A stretch of DNA of 64,000 nt from an uncultured Candidatus Rokubacteria bacterium (GCA_963826115.1 CAWGVS010000012.1:672001-736000), one strand, 5' to 3'; positions 41,993 to 60,189 are shown, counted from the first letter of the stretch. Made by a program: numbers and translations. The notes: generated from the letters alone by a model not told the origin.

Positions 41993-43729
41993 TCAGGCGC
42001 GCCCGGCCTCCCGCTCCGCGAGCTTGGCGGTCGCGGCGCTCCGGTCGATCAGGTACTGCTGCAAGATGGACAGGCAATTGTTCACGAGCCAGTAGAGCAC
42101 CAGCCCCGTGGGGAACTCGAGGAACATGAACGTGAAGACCACGGGCATGATCAGCATGATCTGAGCCTGGCGCGGGTCCCCGACGGTGGGCGTCATCTTC
42201 TGCTGGATCAGCATCGAGATGCCCATCAAGATCGGCAGGACGTAGTACGGATCCTTCTTCGACAGGTCGGTGATCCAGAACATGAAGTGCGCCCCCTGGA
42301 GCTCGACCGAGTACTGGAGCGTCAGGTAGAGCGCGTAGAAGATCGGAATCTGAACGACCATCGGCAGGCAGCCGCCCATGGGATTCACACCGTGCTTCCG
42401 GAAGAGCTCCATCTGCTCGCGCTGGAAGCGCTGGGGATCCGAGCGGAACTTCGAGCGCAGCGCGTTCAGCTGCGGCTGGATGGTCTGCATCGCCTTCATC
42501 GACCGCATGCTCTTCAGGCTGAGCGGGTAGAACAGGACCTTTACCAGCACGGTGAGCAGGATGATCGCGACGCCGTAGTTCTGGCCGGGCAGGTGGGTGC
42601 CGAAGAAGTTCAGGAGCCAGAGGAGCGGCACGCAGAACCACCACATCGGGAACAGCACCCAGAGGAAGTGCCCGTAGTTCCGGGCCTGCGCGGCCTCCAG
42701 GCCGACCCCGACGCTCCGGAGGCGGACCCACTCCTTGGGGCCGACGTAGACGGTCTCCGTCCCCTGCCAGGTCTGGCCGGCCCCGACTCGGACCTCATGG
42801 AAGGCGAGCCCCACCTGGGCAACATCGCGCGCGCGGCCCCGGGCCAGCCCTGCGCCCGGCCCGCCGATCAGCGCCGCGATGAAGTGGTCGGTCTCGAGGG
42901 CCGCCCACCGCCGGTCCGCGGAGACGATCGCGTCCGGCACGAGGTGTGAGTCCTTGAGCTCGGGGCCTCCGGGGGATTCCTTCGCGTCCTTCAGGACCGG
43001 CTGCGGCGCCTCATAGGCATCGGGATCCGCGCCGGGCCGATCGACCAGGATCCGACCCAGGAGATGCCGGCCGTCCTTGCCCTCGCCGAACGTGTGCCAC
43101 GGCTGGTCCGGCGTGGCTCCGGGCTCCGACACGGGCGTCGCCCAGTACATGAGCACATCGATGGGACCGGCCCCGCGGGGCCCGCCTTCGATCTGGAAGT
43201 CGACCGGCATCGCGTACGAGTCCGCGCGCAACGTGAGCGTGCGTCGGATCCGCAGTCCGTCCGCCGTTGCCCCGGTGAAGCCGAGGCGGGCCTCGGGGGC
43301 GGTCGCCGTGACCTCCACCCGCGCGACGTCGGGTCGGAGGGCCACCAGCTCCAGGCCTTGTCCCGGACGCTGGATCGCCACCGTGAGCGGCCGAAGAGCG
43401 CCCTCCACGACGAGGCGCTTCGGCCCGCGGAGCTCGATGGTCCACGCGGTCACGCTGCCGTCCGCCGCGAAGCTCGCGTGGTAGAGCGGCGTGACGACCT
43501 CGGCGACCGGCGTCGCGCCGCCGCTGGCGCGGGGCACCGCGGCCGGCTGCGTCGCGCCGCCGGGGCCTCCCGTGGCCGGGCCCGTGGCCGGGGTGGTCGC
43601 GGCCGGAGCCGCGGCGGTCGGGGACGCGGGATGCTCCGCCGGGGGCGGGGTGGATGCCCCGAACCAGAGCTGCCAGCCCAGGACCACGGCGACCGACAGG
43701 GCGATCGCTATAAGTGCGCGTTTTTCCAT
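41993..43729 (-). CDS. yidC: Membrane protein insertase YidC
   Basis: MEKRALIA, YVGPK, NYGVAIILLT, NPMGGCLP, WITDLS, GLVLYW. Confidence 0.97.
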   Translation of the reverse strand: MEKRALIAIALSVAVVLGWQLWFGASTPPPAEHPASPTAAAPAATTPATGPATGGPGGATQPAAVPRASGGATPVAEVVTPLYHASFAADGSVTAWTIELRGPKRLVVEGALRPLTVAIQRPGQGLELVALRPDVARVEVTATAPEARLGFTGATADGLRIRRTLTLRADSYAMPVDFQIEGGPRGAGPIDVLMYWATPVSEPGATPDQPWHTFGEGKDGRHLLGRILVDRPGADPDAYEAPQPVLKDAKESPGGPELKDSHLVPDAIVSADRRWAALETDHFIAALIGGPGAGLARGRARDVAQVGLAFHEVRVGAGQTWQGTETVYVGPKEWVRLRSVGVGLEAAQARNYGHFLWVLFPMWWFCVPLLWLLNFFGTHLPGQNYGVAIILLTVLVKVLFYPLSLKSMRSMKAMQTIQPQLNALRSKFRSDPQRFQREQMELFRKHGVNPMGGCLPMVVQIPIFYALYLTLQYSVELQGAHFMFWITDLSKKDPYYVLPILMGISMLIQQKMTPTVGDPRQAQIMLIMPVVFTFMFLEFPTGLVLYWLVNNCLSILQQYLIDRSAATAKLAEREAGRA

Positions 43730-43748
43730 CACTTTATTCGATTGGTCC

Positions 43749-44108
43749 TCATTGGCGTCGAGTCGTCTGCACGAGGGCCCCGGCCACCGCGTCCACGAGC
43801 TGGGGAAAGGGGCTCGAGAGCGCCGCGTGCCGGGCGATGAAGCAGAGCCGCAGGCCGTCCGGTGGGACTAGATCCCGCTGCCGCCGGTAGGCTTCCCGGA
43901 GGCGCCGACGCGCGCGGTTCCGGACCACGCTACCCCCGAGCCGACGGCTCACGGCGAAGCCAACGGCGCGCGGGCCCGGCTCTCGACGCCAGAGCAGTAC
44001 GAACGCCGGGGCCTCCACGCGCGCCCCGCGTCGGAAGAGTCGGTCGAACTCGGCTCGGGACCGGAGCCGCTCCGCCCGCGGCAATCCCGCGGGCGCCGCC
44101 CCGGGCAC
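43749..44108 (-). CDS. rnpA: Ribonuclease P protein component
   Basis: ERL...EF, GFAVSRR.G.SVVRNRARRRLRE (RNR motif). Confidence 0.93.
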   Translation of the reverse strand: MPGAAPAGLPRAERLRSRAEFDRLFRRGARVEAPAFVLLWRREPGPRAVGFAVSRRLGGSVVRNRARRRLREAYRRQRDLVPPDGLRLCFIARHAALSSPFPQLVDAVAGALVQTTRRQ

Positions 44109-44113
44109 TGCGT

Positions 44114-44248
44114 CTAGCCTGTCAGCCGGCGTCGCCCCTTGGCGCGCCGCCGCTTCAACACCTTTCGGCCGCCCTTCGTCGACATACGCGCCCGGAACCC
44201 GTGGGTCTTGGCACGCCGCCGCCGGTTCGGTTGGAACGTCCGCTTCAC
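44114..44248 (-). CDS. rpmH: 50S ribosomal protein L34 (not in ORF track)
   Basis: GTG start after GGAGG; [44 protein letters not shown]. Confidence 0.97.
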   Translation of the reverse strand: MKRTFQPNRRRRAKTHGFRARMSTKGGRKVLKRRRAKGRRRLTG

Positions 44249-44484
44249 GACTTCCTCCTAGGTGCGTGTTGGGCGCACAGCCCGCCCATCCTACAGATGC
44301 GCTGCGGACCGCGTCAAGCACGAGGCCGTCGAGGCCCCCGGTCGTGCGCGGTTGCCGGTCCCGAGACCCCGTGCTATGGTGGGCCGCCCGACGGGGGGAG
44401 CGGTAGGCGCGTCCGCGCCGCCGCGGCTCCTGCGCCGGGCAGGCGATTCGAGTGCGTCAGGCGACGACGGCAGGGCTCCCGGAG

Positions 44485-44516
44485 TTATCCACCGCCGTGG
44501 ATAAGTGTGTGCGTAA
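44485..44516. promoter_or_regulatory. DnaA-box cluster upstream of dnaA
   Basis: TTATCCACC (44485), reverse TTATCCACG (44496-44504), reverse TTACGCACA (44508-44516). Confidence 0.75.
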
Positions 44517-44541
44517 CTCGCTCCCGTAGGAAGGTCCCACC

Positions 44542-45846
44542 ATGCGCGACGATATCCACGAGCAGCTCCTGGGCGCCCTCGAGGGGAAGCTCTCGACCGA
44601 GACGCTCGACACCTGGATCCGCCCGCTCCGCGTCCTGGACGTTCGGGACAACCGTGTGGAACTCAGCGTCCCTAATAAGTATTTTCGTCAGCATCTCGAG
44701 CAGCACTACCTCGAGCCCCTGCGGGCGGCCACCGTCCAGGTGGCCGGGCCCCGGGCCCAGCTGGTCCTGACGATCGACCGCACCGCGACCTTGGCGCCCC
44801 CGCCCGCGCCCGTACCGATCGCAGCCGCACCGGATCTCGATCCCCGTTACACGTTCGAGACATTCGTCGTCGGCTCGTCGAACCAGTTCGCTCAGGCCGC
44901 CTGTCTCGCGGTCGCCGAGTCCCCGGCCATCGCGTACAACCCCCTCTTCATCTACGGCGGGGTGGGCCTGGGCAAGACCCATCTCCTCCAGGCCATCGGC
45001 CACCGGCTGTCCCAGAGCCATCCCCACTTCCGGATCCAGTACCTCTCGAGCGAGAAGTTCACGAACGACCTGATCTCGGCGATCCGCCACGACAAGACCC
45101 CGGAGTTCCGGCAGCGCTACCGGACGATCGATCTTCTCCTGATCGACGACATCCAGTTCCTCTCCGGCAAGGAGCGCACCCAGGAAGAGTTCTTCCACAC
45201 CTACGAGGACCTCATGCCCAAGCGGCAGATCGTCCTCTCGAGCGACCGGTCGCCGAAGGAGATCCCGGACCTCGAGGAGCGCCTCCGCTCGCGGTTCCTC
45301 TCGAGCATGCTGGCGGACATCCAGCCGCCCGAGTTCGAGACCCGCGTCGCGATCCTCAAGAAGAAGGCCGAGCTCGACCGCGTGGCCCTCCCGGACGACG
45401 TCGCCTACTTCATCGCCAACCGCGTGAAGTCGAACATCCGCGAGCTCGAGGGCTCCCTGGTCCGGATCCGGGCCTTCTGCAACCTCACCGGCCGGCCCCT
45501 CACCCTCGACCTCGCCCAGGAGGTCCTCGCCAACATCTGGGGCGCCGAGGAGCACCTCGTCACCATCGACGACATCCTCCGCCGCGTCGCCGAGGTGTTC
45601 CACGTCAAGCCTCAGGACCTCCGCGCCAAGACCCGGACCAAGGCGGTCGCCTTCCCCCGCCAGCTCGCGATGTATCTCGCGCGGCAGCTGACGAGCGACT
45701 CCTACGCCGACATCGGCCGGGGCTTCGGCGGCAAGGACCACACGACCGTTCTCCACGCCGTGAACAAGATCGACGCGCTCCTCCAGCAGGACGCCAAGCT
45801 CCGGCGCACGCTCGACCACATCATCAACACCATCCGCCTCGCGTGA
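44542..45846 (+). CDS. dnaA: Chromosomal replication initiator DnaA
   Basis: YTFETFVVG, GGVGLGKTHL, LLIDDIQF, NIRELEG, GKDHTTVLHA. Confidence 0.99.
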   Translation: MRDDIHEQLLGALEGKLSTETLDTWIRPLRVLDVRDNRVELSVPNKYFRQHLEQHYLEPLRAATVQVAGPRAQLVLTIDRTATLAPPPAPVPIAAAPDLDPRYTFETFVVGSSNQFAQAACLAVAESPAIAYNPLFIYGGVGLGKTHLLQAIGHRLSQSHPHFRIQYLSSEKFTNDLISAIRHDKTPEFRQRYRTIDLLLIDDIQFLSGKERTQEEFFHTYEDLMPKRQIVLSSDRSPKEIPDLEERLRSRFLSSMLADIQPPEFETRVAILKKKAELDRVALPDDVAYFIANRVKSNIRELEGSLVRIRAFCNLTGRPLTLDLAQEVLANIWGAEEHLVTIDDILRRVAEVFHVKPQDLRAKTRTKAVAFPRQLAMYLARQLTSDSYADIGRGFGGKDHTTVLHAVNKIDALLQQDAKLRRTLDHIINTIRLA

Positions 45847-46036
45847 GCCGCGTCCTCCCCACCGGTCCCCCGCGCGTCCCGGGCCTGTCCACCACCGTCC
45901 CCCGACTTATCCCCATCGCCGCGCTCCGTGCGCACCCGCACAGGTCAGGCGCCGCGCGACCGCGACCGCGTTGTCCCCAGCCCCTACGTCTCCTCCGACG
46001 ACTGCTTTTTCTTTCTCAGGAGGGTTACTAAGCCCA
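45847..46036. other. Probable oriC (dnaA-dnaN intergenic unwinding region)
   Basis: Degenerate DnaA boxes CTGTCCACC (45885), TTATCCCCA (45907), TTGTCCCCA (45971), then a GC cluster, trinucleotide repeats and a T-rich run. Confidence 0.7.
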
Positions 46037-47146
46037 ATGGACTTCCAGGTCGCTCGCGAGCCCTTGCTCCGTGCACTGCAGCTTCTCCAGAACATCGTCG
46101 AGCCTCGCCAGACGCTGCCGATCCTGGCCAACGTCCTGATCGAGGCACGCGAGGGCGGGCTCCGGCTGGCGGCGACGGACCTCGAGGTCGGGGCGCGGGT
46201 CGCGGTGCCGGGCACGGTCAGCCGGCCGGGGGCCATCACGCTCGCGGCCCGAAAGCTGGTCGAGCTCGTGCGGGAGCTGCCGGCCCAGCCGGTGACGTTC
46301 AGCCTCCTCGACAACGGCTGGGTCAAGATCACGTGCGGCGCGGCCCGGTTCAGCCTGGTGGGGTTGCCGGCCGACGAGTACCCGCCGCTCGACGTCAACG
46401 CGGCCGAGGGGAGTCTCGGCGTGGAGGCGGGTCTTCTGCGCACGATGGTCGGCCGGACGAGCTACGCGATGTCGCAGGACGAGAGCCGCCCTTTCCTGAA
46501 CGGGCTCTACCTCGCCGCGCGGAAACAGGAGCTCCGGCTGGTGGCGACCGACGGGCACCGGCTCGCCCTCGCGCGGAGCGCGGTGGACTCCGCGGCGGAG
46601 ATGGCGGGCATCGTGCCGCGGAAGGCGGTCCAGGAGCTCACGCGGGTCCTGGGCGGCGCCGAGCGGGTCGACATCGCGATCGGCGAGAGCAAGTTCTTCG
46701 TGCGCACCGAGGGTTTCGAGCTGGTCTCGAAGCTGGTGGAGGGACAGTTTCCGAACTACGAGCAGGTCATCCCGAAGTCCTCACCGCTTCGGCTCGTGGT
46801 CGAGCGCGAGCCGCTCCTGGCGGCGATCCGGCGCGTTGCCGTGGTCGCCGACGACCGGACGCGCCCCGTCAAGCTCACGGCCAGCGAGGGGCAGGTACGG
46901 CTCTCCGCCCAGAGCCAGGAGCTCGGCGAGGCCGAGGAGACCCTGCCGGCGGAATTCGCCGGGGCCGAGCTGACCATCGGGTTCAACGCGCGCTACGTCC
47001 TCGATGCGCTCGGCCCGATGGATCACCAGTGGACGGTCGTGGGCCTGAAAGACGGCTTGAGCCCGGGCGTGCTCGTCGGCGCCGCGGCGAAGGACGGCGC
47101 GCCGGATGACGCGTATCGCTGTGTTATAATGCCGATGCGTATGTGA
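46037..47146 (+). CDS. dnaN: DNA polymerase III beta clamp
   Basis: TLPILANV, ATDLE, VATDGHRLA, GQFPNYEQVIP, IGFNARY, IMPMR. Confidence 0.98.
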   Translation: MDFQVAREPLLRALQLLQNIVEPRQTLPILANVLIEAREGGLRLAATDLEVGARVAVPGTVSRPGAITLAARKLVELVRELPAQPVTFSLLDNGWVKITCGAARFSLVGLPADEYPPLDVNAAEGSLGVEAGLLRTMVGRTSYAMSQDESRPFLNGLYLAARKQELRLVATDGHRLALARSAVDSAAEMAGIVPRKAVQELTRVLGGAERVDIAIGESKFFVRTEGFELVSKLVEGQFPNYEQVIPKSSPLRLVVEREPLLAAIRRVAVVADDRTRPVKLTASEGQVRLSAQSQELGEAEETLPAEFAGAELTIGFNARYVLDALGPMDHQWTVVGLKDGLSPGVLVGAAAKDGAPDDAYRCVIMPMRM

Positions 47147-47163
47147 GGGGAGGCCCGCCCAGG

Positions 47164-50669
<3,506 letters not shown>

Positions 50670-50709
50670 TCCCCGCGCGGCGCTGCGCGGGACCCCGCAG
50701 GAGTGCTTG

Positions 50710-54424
<3,715 letters not shown>

Positions 54425-55448
54425 GCCGGCCCCGCGGCGCCCGCGCCGTGGGCGCGAGCGGCCGGCCACGCGCTGAGGACCGCCAGGACGGCCCGCGCGG
54501 CGCCCGACAGGAACGCCCGCCGGCGCTGGACCAGGACGATCGGGACCGTGGCCCGGAGGGCCGGGGCCCGCAGGATCGTGAGCGTGCCCGTCCGGAGCTC
54601 CTCGTCGACGCTGCTCGCCTGAAGGAGCGCCAGCCCGAAGCCCGCCTCGACCATGCGCTTCTGCGCAGTGAGGCTGTCGATCCACACCCGGTCGCCGGGC
54701 GGGACGCCGCTCGCGGCCAGGCTCCGCTCGACCGCCGCGGCGGAGGGCTCGGCTCCGCCCCCCGCGGGCGGGGGAAACGTGATCCAGCGCTCGCCCGCCA
54801 GCGCGGCAGGGCTGACGCGCCGAGCCCGAGCGAGCCGGTGATGGGGCGCGCACACGGGCACGAGGGGCTCGTCGTGGAGCGTGGTGGACAGGAGGTCGGG
54901 ATGGGGATCGACCCCGTACCGCAGGCCGAGCGTGGCGTCCCCGCGCCGGACGAGCGCGCTCACCTCCGGGCTGAGCGCCGTACGGAGGCGCAGGTCCACC
55001 CCGGGATGCGCGTCCCGAAAGCGCCGCAGGGCGGCGGTCAGGGGCGAGCCGGCGAGGGTGCCCACCAGGGCGAGCGTCACCGCCCCGCGGTCGGCGGCCC
55101 GGAGGGCGGCCACGGCGTCGACGGCGTCGCGCATCGCGGCGAGCAGCGCCTCGGCGGGCGAGAGGAACGCGCGCCCCGCGTCGGTCAGGACCACGCCGCT
55201 CCGGATGCGCTCGAAGAGCGGCGCGCCGACCTCGTGCTCGAGGAGGCGCACGCGGCGGCTGATCGCCGGCTGGGACAGGCGGAGCGCCACGGCCGCCCGC
55301 GTGAAGCCGCCCTTCCGCACGATGGTGACGAACGCCTCGACGTGGTCGAGCTCCACGCCCATCAGGATAGCGAATCGTCCGGAGAAGCACTATGCATTGG
55401 ACTCATGGCCGCGCCGCCTCGTATCGTGCCGGTCAGGAGGACCCGCCC

Positions 55449-56252
55449 ATGAGAGCCAACGACGTCCGATCCGCCGAGGCGCTGCGCCACGGCGCCTACG
55501 TGTGCTTTCGCGCGCCGGCCCCGGTCCGGTCGGCACTCGCGGCCGCCCCCATCCCGGCGCTGGCGGCGCGCCTCGGGCTGGCCAACGAGTTCCAGGCCGC
55601 CGGCGGCGACCCGCCGGCGTCGGTGGCCTTCCTCCGCCGCGTGCACGCCGTGCCCGGCGGCCGTCCGGACGACGGGCTCCTCCACGCGGACGCGGTCGTG
55701 CACGTCGCGGCCGCGACCGCGGCCCCGGTCGCCGAGTTCTGCGCGGAGCTCGCGCGGCTCCTCGGCCCCACGGCGTCGCCGCGCGCCCTGGGCGGGGTCG
55801 TGCGCCCCATGACCTATACCGGGAACGCGATGTTCAACTTTTCCTACGCGCACCGCGTGCTCCAGGGGCCGGGGCCGGCCATGCCCAACGCCTTCCTGAT
55901 CCCGATGAGCAAGACGGCGGAGTGGTGGGCGAAGGACTGGATGGAGCGCCACACGTACTTCCTGCCGCGCTACGACGGGGGGCGCAGGGTGAGCGAGGGC
56001 CACGCGCTCGCGGCCGCCGCGGGCGTGCCGAGCCTCCTCCGCCGCACCTACAAGCATCCGACGGAGCCCGCGCCCGCGGATGCCTACGACTTCGTCACCT
56101 ACTTCGAGTGCGCCGACGCCGACGTCCCGACGTTTCACGCGGTCTGCGCGGCCCTCCGGGACGTCCGGCGGAACCCCGAGTGGGCGATGGTCGAGGAGGG
56201 CCCGACGTGGCACGGGCGGCGCGTCGGCACCTGGGCCGAGCTGTTCGCGTGA
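55449..56252 (+). CDS. Hypothetical protein with chlorite-dismutase-like C-terminal domain
   Basis: SD AGGAGG; IPMSKTAEWW..ERH, EGH, YDFVTYFE, LRD..PEW resemble the Cld-like barrel; divergent from LysR. Confidence 0.6.
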   Translation: MRANDVRSAEALRHGAYVCFRAPAPVRSALAAAPIPALAARLGLANEFQAAGGDPPASVAFLRRVHAVPGGRPDDGLLHADAVVHVAAATAAPVAEFCAELARLLGPTASPRALGGVVRPMTYTGNAMFNFSYAHRVLQGPGPAMPNAFLIPMSKTAEWWAKDWMERHTYFLPRYDGGRRVSEGHALAAAAGVPSLLRRTYKHPTEPAPADAYDFVTYFECADADVPTFHAVCAALRDVRRNPEWAMVEEGPTWHGRRVGTWAELFA

Positions 56253-56608
56253 GCCTACCGCCGGCGCGCTGCGGCCCTGCCGGGCCGACCGCGCGGGCTC
56301 CTGCGACGAACGGGTCCCGTGCTCGGGGCGAGGGTGATGGTCGAGGAGGCCGCTTGCGACGAGCGTCGGGATCGACACACCATGGCAACGGTGCGTTCGC
56401 GTTCCCAGGCACCGCCGCCGCATGGAGAGCAGAGCGAGGAGGCGAACCTCGGACGGCATCAACGCGTCGCGCTGCGCGTTCGGCGGACTCGCCGGGCGGT
56501 TAGGCTGGTCGCCGTGGCTCGCCCAGGAACAGCCCGCCGTCCGGCCGGAATAGCTGCCGAGGCTCCGCGCCGGGTCGAGCTCCGGCCTCCCACCGGCCGG
56601 TGGACGCG

Positions 56609-57664
56609 ATGATCTCGCCGGGTCCCGAGGGGCGGGCACCGGACGAGCCGCGGACGCTGACCGTGTTCACCGGGTCCGGCCTGAGCAATCGCTTGCGGGT
56701 CCTAGTGTCCGGCCTCGCGCTGGCCGAGGCCACGGGCCGCGCGCTCACCATGCTCTGGCCCCGGTCGCCGGCCTGTGGCGCCGCTTTCCGCGAGCTGTTC
56801 ACGAACGACTGGCCGGTGGTCGACATCGACAAGATTCCGCGGGAGCTGGCCGGGGCACACCGACGGAAGCCCCGGGGCCGCCACAAGATCGGGGACCTCC
56901 TCGAAGCCCCCGAGCCTCACCTCGTGGTGCGGTCCTCCCACTGGTTGATCGCCTCCGCGAGCTACCCCGCCCACCGAGCCCTGGCCGCCCGGTGCGTGGA
57001 GCTGCTCGGGCAGCTCGAGCCGACCTCGCCCATCAGGGACCGGGTTGCGGCGTTCCGGGCGCAGCACTTCCGCCCACTCATGATCGGGGTGCACGCCCGC
57101 CGCGGCGATTTCCTCGAGGCCCGCCCCGACCGGGCGTGGAACACGGGGCAGATCCTCGCGGCAGTCGACCGGTTTCTGGTCGAGAGACCCGAGGCCGGGA
57201 TCCTGCTCTGCACCGACGACGGCGCTCCGGGGCCGCGCGGAGAGCCCACGGTCCGCGAAGGCGTGCGCGAGATTCTGCGGGCCCGGTACGGCGACCGGCT
57301 AGTCGAGACGTCCCCGAGCAGCCTGGACCGCCGGACGCCCGCGTCGATCCAGGACGCGCTGGTGGACCTGCTCCTCCTGCGGGCGACCGACGCCTTCGTC
57401 GGGACCTTGTCCAGCACGTTCTCGGACCTCGCCACTTACGGGCGGGCCGTCCCCAGCGCCCGGGTATGGGGGATGTCGCCCGCCTCTCGCTGGCTCTACC
57501 GCATCGCCCGGTTCACGGGCATCCGGCTCGGCGCGCGCGTCCTCCGCCAGGTCCTGGGCGTGGACGTGCACGGACCGACCGTCGCGCGCTACGTCCAGGC
57601 GGAGCTGCCAAGCCGGCTCCGCTGGTGGCGAAGGGATCGGCGCCGCCCCCGCAGCCCCGACTGA
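56609..57664 (+). CDS. Putative fucosyltransferase-like glycosyltransferase
   Basis: GLSNRLR, GVHARRGD (HxRxxD), LCTDD, DLLLL...FVGT.SSTFS. Confidence 0.75.
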   Translation: MISPGPEGRAPDEPRTLTVFTGSGLSNRLRVLVSGLALAEATGRALTMLWPRSPACGAAFRELFTNDWPVVDIDKIPRELAGAHRRKPRGRHKIGDLLEAPEPHLVVRSSHWLIASASYPAHRALAARCVELLGQLEPTSPIRDRVAAFRAQHFRPLMIGVHARRGDFLEARPDRAWNTGQILAAVDRFLVERPEAGILLCTDDGAPGPRGEPTVREGVREILRARYGDRLVETSPSSLDRRTPASIQDALVDLLLLRATDAFVGTLSSTFSDLATYGRAVPSARVWGMSPASRWLYRIARFTGIRLGARVLRQVLGVDVHGPTVARYVQAELPSRLRWWRRDRRRPRSPD

Positions 57665-57920
57665 GCCGCGGATCCCAGGCCAGGCGGTGGACGAAGACCG
57701 GGCGCAGGAAAGGCCCACGCGGAGACGCGGAGCGTCGACGGCGCGCTCATCCGGACGCGGAAGATCCTGCTTGCCTTCGAGGCCGAGCGACCTGGCGGCG
57801 CGGGCATTCCATCCTGACCATGACTCGGCGCCGCGCCCATCTCGCGCCGCGCCACCTCCGGAGCCCATGGCGCGGCTCGAGGGCCTCGCTCCTGCGCAGG
57901 CCGCGGCGGCCAGCGCGCAC

Positions 57921-57998
57921 GACGCTATACTCGGGGGGCCACGGCCGGGAAGTCTGCGGAATGCCGCCACCGGAGGGTGGCCGAGCGGTTGAAGGCGC
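57921..57998 (+). repeat. Duplicate of promoter, leader and 5' 27 nt of tRNA-Ser(TGA)
   Basis: gacgctatactcg-N13-gggaagtc(t/c)gcggaatgccg..accggaggg(g)tggccgagcggttgaaggcgc matches 60439-60517. Confidence 0.9.
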
Positions 57999-58080
57999 AC
58001 CTCGTCCCGCCGTGGGCCGCGAGCGAAGTCGGCGCGCGGCGCCGTTCGGCAGGAAGGTCGCGGCAGCGCGAGGGAGAGCA

Positions 58081-60022
58081 ATGATGGACGGGGCGGGCGT
58101 CGAACCGCCGACCCCGGGGACGGTGACGGCGCCGGGCGAGGGCGCCGCCGCGACCGCCGGTCCGTCCGCCCCGCCGCCGGCGGCCGCCGGGGGGGTGACG
58201 CGGTGGCTCCGGGCCGACCCGATCCTGACCGACGACCGGGGCTGGGCGCTCAACCTCGCGATCTTCCGGATCGTGTTCCTCGTCGGCGGGGCGCTCCCGG
58301 TCGCCCTGTACGTCCTCCGCTGGAGCCTGTGGATCCTGCCCGGACTCCCCCGCTCGGTGTGGCGCCCCGTGTCGTTCTACGCGCTGCTCCCGCTCGAGAT
58401 GCTCGCGAGCCCGGCGCTCGCGCGGACCCTGGCGGTCGCCTACGTGGCCCTGATCCTCCTGGGGGCCGTCGGATTCTGCACTCGCTGGACGCTTGGCCTG
58501 GCGGCGGTGGTGTCGCTGTACGTCGTCGGTCTGCCCATGAACCAGGGCAAGGTCGACCACTTCCACCACGTGGTGTGGTTCGCCGCTCTTCTGGCCGTGG
58601 GCCCGTCCGCCCGCTTCCTCTCCGTCGACGCGCTGCGGGACGCCGTGCGCGCGGCCGATCGCGGGCGCATCGAGAACGAGCCTACCCGGGGGGCCGCCCT
58701 GCTGACCTTGCGGTTCATCTGGGCCCTCGTCGGCCTGATCTACGTGGGCCCGGGGCTGATGAAGCTCCACGGGGCGCTCACGGGCGGCTGGGCGACGCCC
58801 GAGAGCCTCCAGGGCATCCTGCACGGTCGCTGGCTCAACCTGTACCTGCACTCGCCGGATCCCTTCACGCCGCCCGCCTTGCTCGGGAGTGTGCCGGCGC
58901 CGCTCCTCACGGCGGCCGGGCTGGGCGTCGTGGCCTTCGAGGTCGGCGTCATCGGCCTTATCTGGCTTCGCCCCGTGCGGCCCTTCGTGGCGCTGGCGGG
59001 TCTGGCGTTCCACCGCGGCAGCCGGCACGTGCTCAGCATTCCCTTCAGCTTCCTGACTCCGGCGTACGTGGGCCTGTTCGACTGGAGCGCCATCGGGCGG
59101 AGGCTCACGCGGCGGCTTGGCGGAGCGCCGCTGGTCGTGCTCTACGATGGCCGATGCCGTCTCTGCCGGCGCGCGATGGCGCTCCTCCGCGCGCTCGACG
59201 CGTTCGACGCGATCGAGGCGGTGGCGGCGGACGAGCCGCGGCGCGGCCACTACCCGGAGGTCACCGATCGAGGCGCTGTCCCACGACCTCTACGCGGTCT
59301 CGGCGGGCGCCTCGGCGCGGGGCTACGACGCCTACGTGAGGATCGCCCGCCGGATCCCGCTGCTCTGGCCCGCCGCCCTCGTCCTGGCCCTTCCGGTCGT
59401 GGCCACGAGGGGGCGTCGCCTGTATCGCGCGGTCGCCGACGCGCGCGCCTGCGCCACCGCGCCGCTGGCGATGGGTCCCGCCGCCTCGATCTCCCGCCGA
59501 GAGGCCGTGCTGGCGGTCGGCGCCGCGCTCGTGGCGGGCCAGGCGGTCGTGAGCGGGGCGCAGTTCCTCGCCTGGACCACCGGCGGCCGGGCGGCGCAGG
59601 CATGGTGGGCACCGATCTCGTGGCCCTTCGACCACTACCCCCGATTTGTCCCCGAGGGACCCCGGCGTCGGATCGAGATCTGGGAGCCCCGGCTGGTGGC
59701 GCGCGACGGCCGCGAGGTTCGGTTCCCGCCGGAAGCCTTCGCGGGCGCGTTCGGGAGCGCGGCCCGGACGGCCAGCGTCATCCGGCCCGCCGTGAGCCTG
59801 GCGGATTCGGAGCGTCGGCGTGCCCGGTCGCTCGACCTGGTCCGGACCCTGTGGCGGCACGTCCCGCCCGCGCTGCGGGCTGGCTCGGTGGAGGTGCGCG
59901 TCTACGCCGCCTCTTACCGTGTCGCCGCGCCGCCCCCGGTCATCGAGAGCGAGCGTCTCCTCGACCGCTTCGACCTGGCCGAGGTGGCGGCGGCGCCGGG
60001 CCGCCCGCCGGGCGGGTCCTAG
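58081..60022 (+). pseudogene. HTTM-like membrane protein fused to DCC1/DUF393 thiol-disulfide domain, frameshifted near 59268
   Basis: NLAIFRI, GKVDH.HH, SVDA, Y...G..KL, FEVG; VLYDGRCRLC; removing one C at gat(c)gag continues into the frame ending at 60022 (WPFDHYPRF). Confidence 0.75.
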
Positions 60023-60189
60023 GCGGTCCGCGCCGGCGCCGTCCGGCCGGGGCGCCGGATGTTCCGCCAGGAGGTGCGAGGCGCGCTCCGAGCGGGCGTC
60101 TGGAGGAGCTCGCTGCCCGTCGCGGCGTGAATCAGCGTCGGGCTCGGTACGTGTTCAGGGTCACGGCGGCGCGAACGCGCGCGCATCCC

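Noticed and set aside
45596-45611. Second parS-like sequence TGTTCCACGTCAAGC inside dnaA
   Set aside because: The right half does not match and it is explained by coding (VFHVK)
56182-56351. ~20-bp direct repeat gggcgatggtcgaggagg / gggtgatggtcgaggagg
   Set aside because: Only two short imperfect copies in GC-rich DNA, with no associated mobile feature
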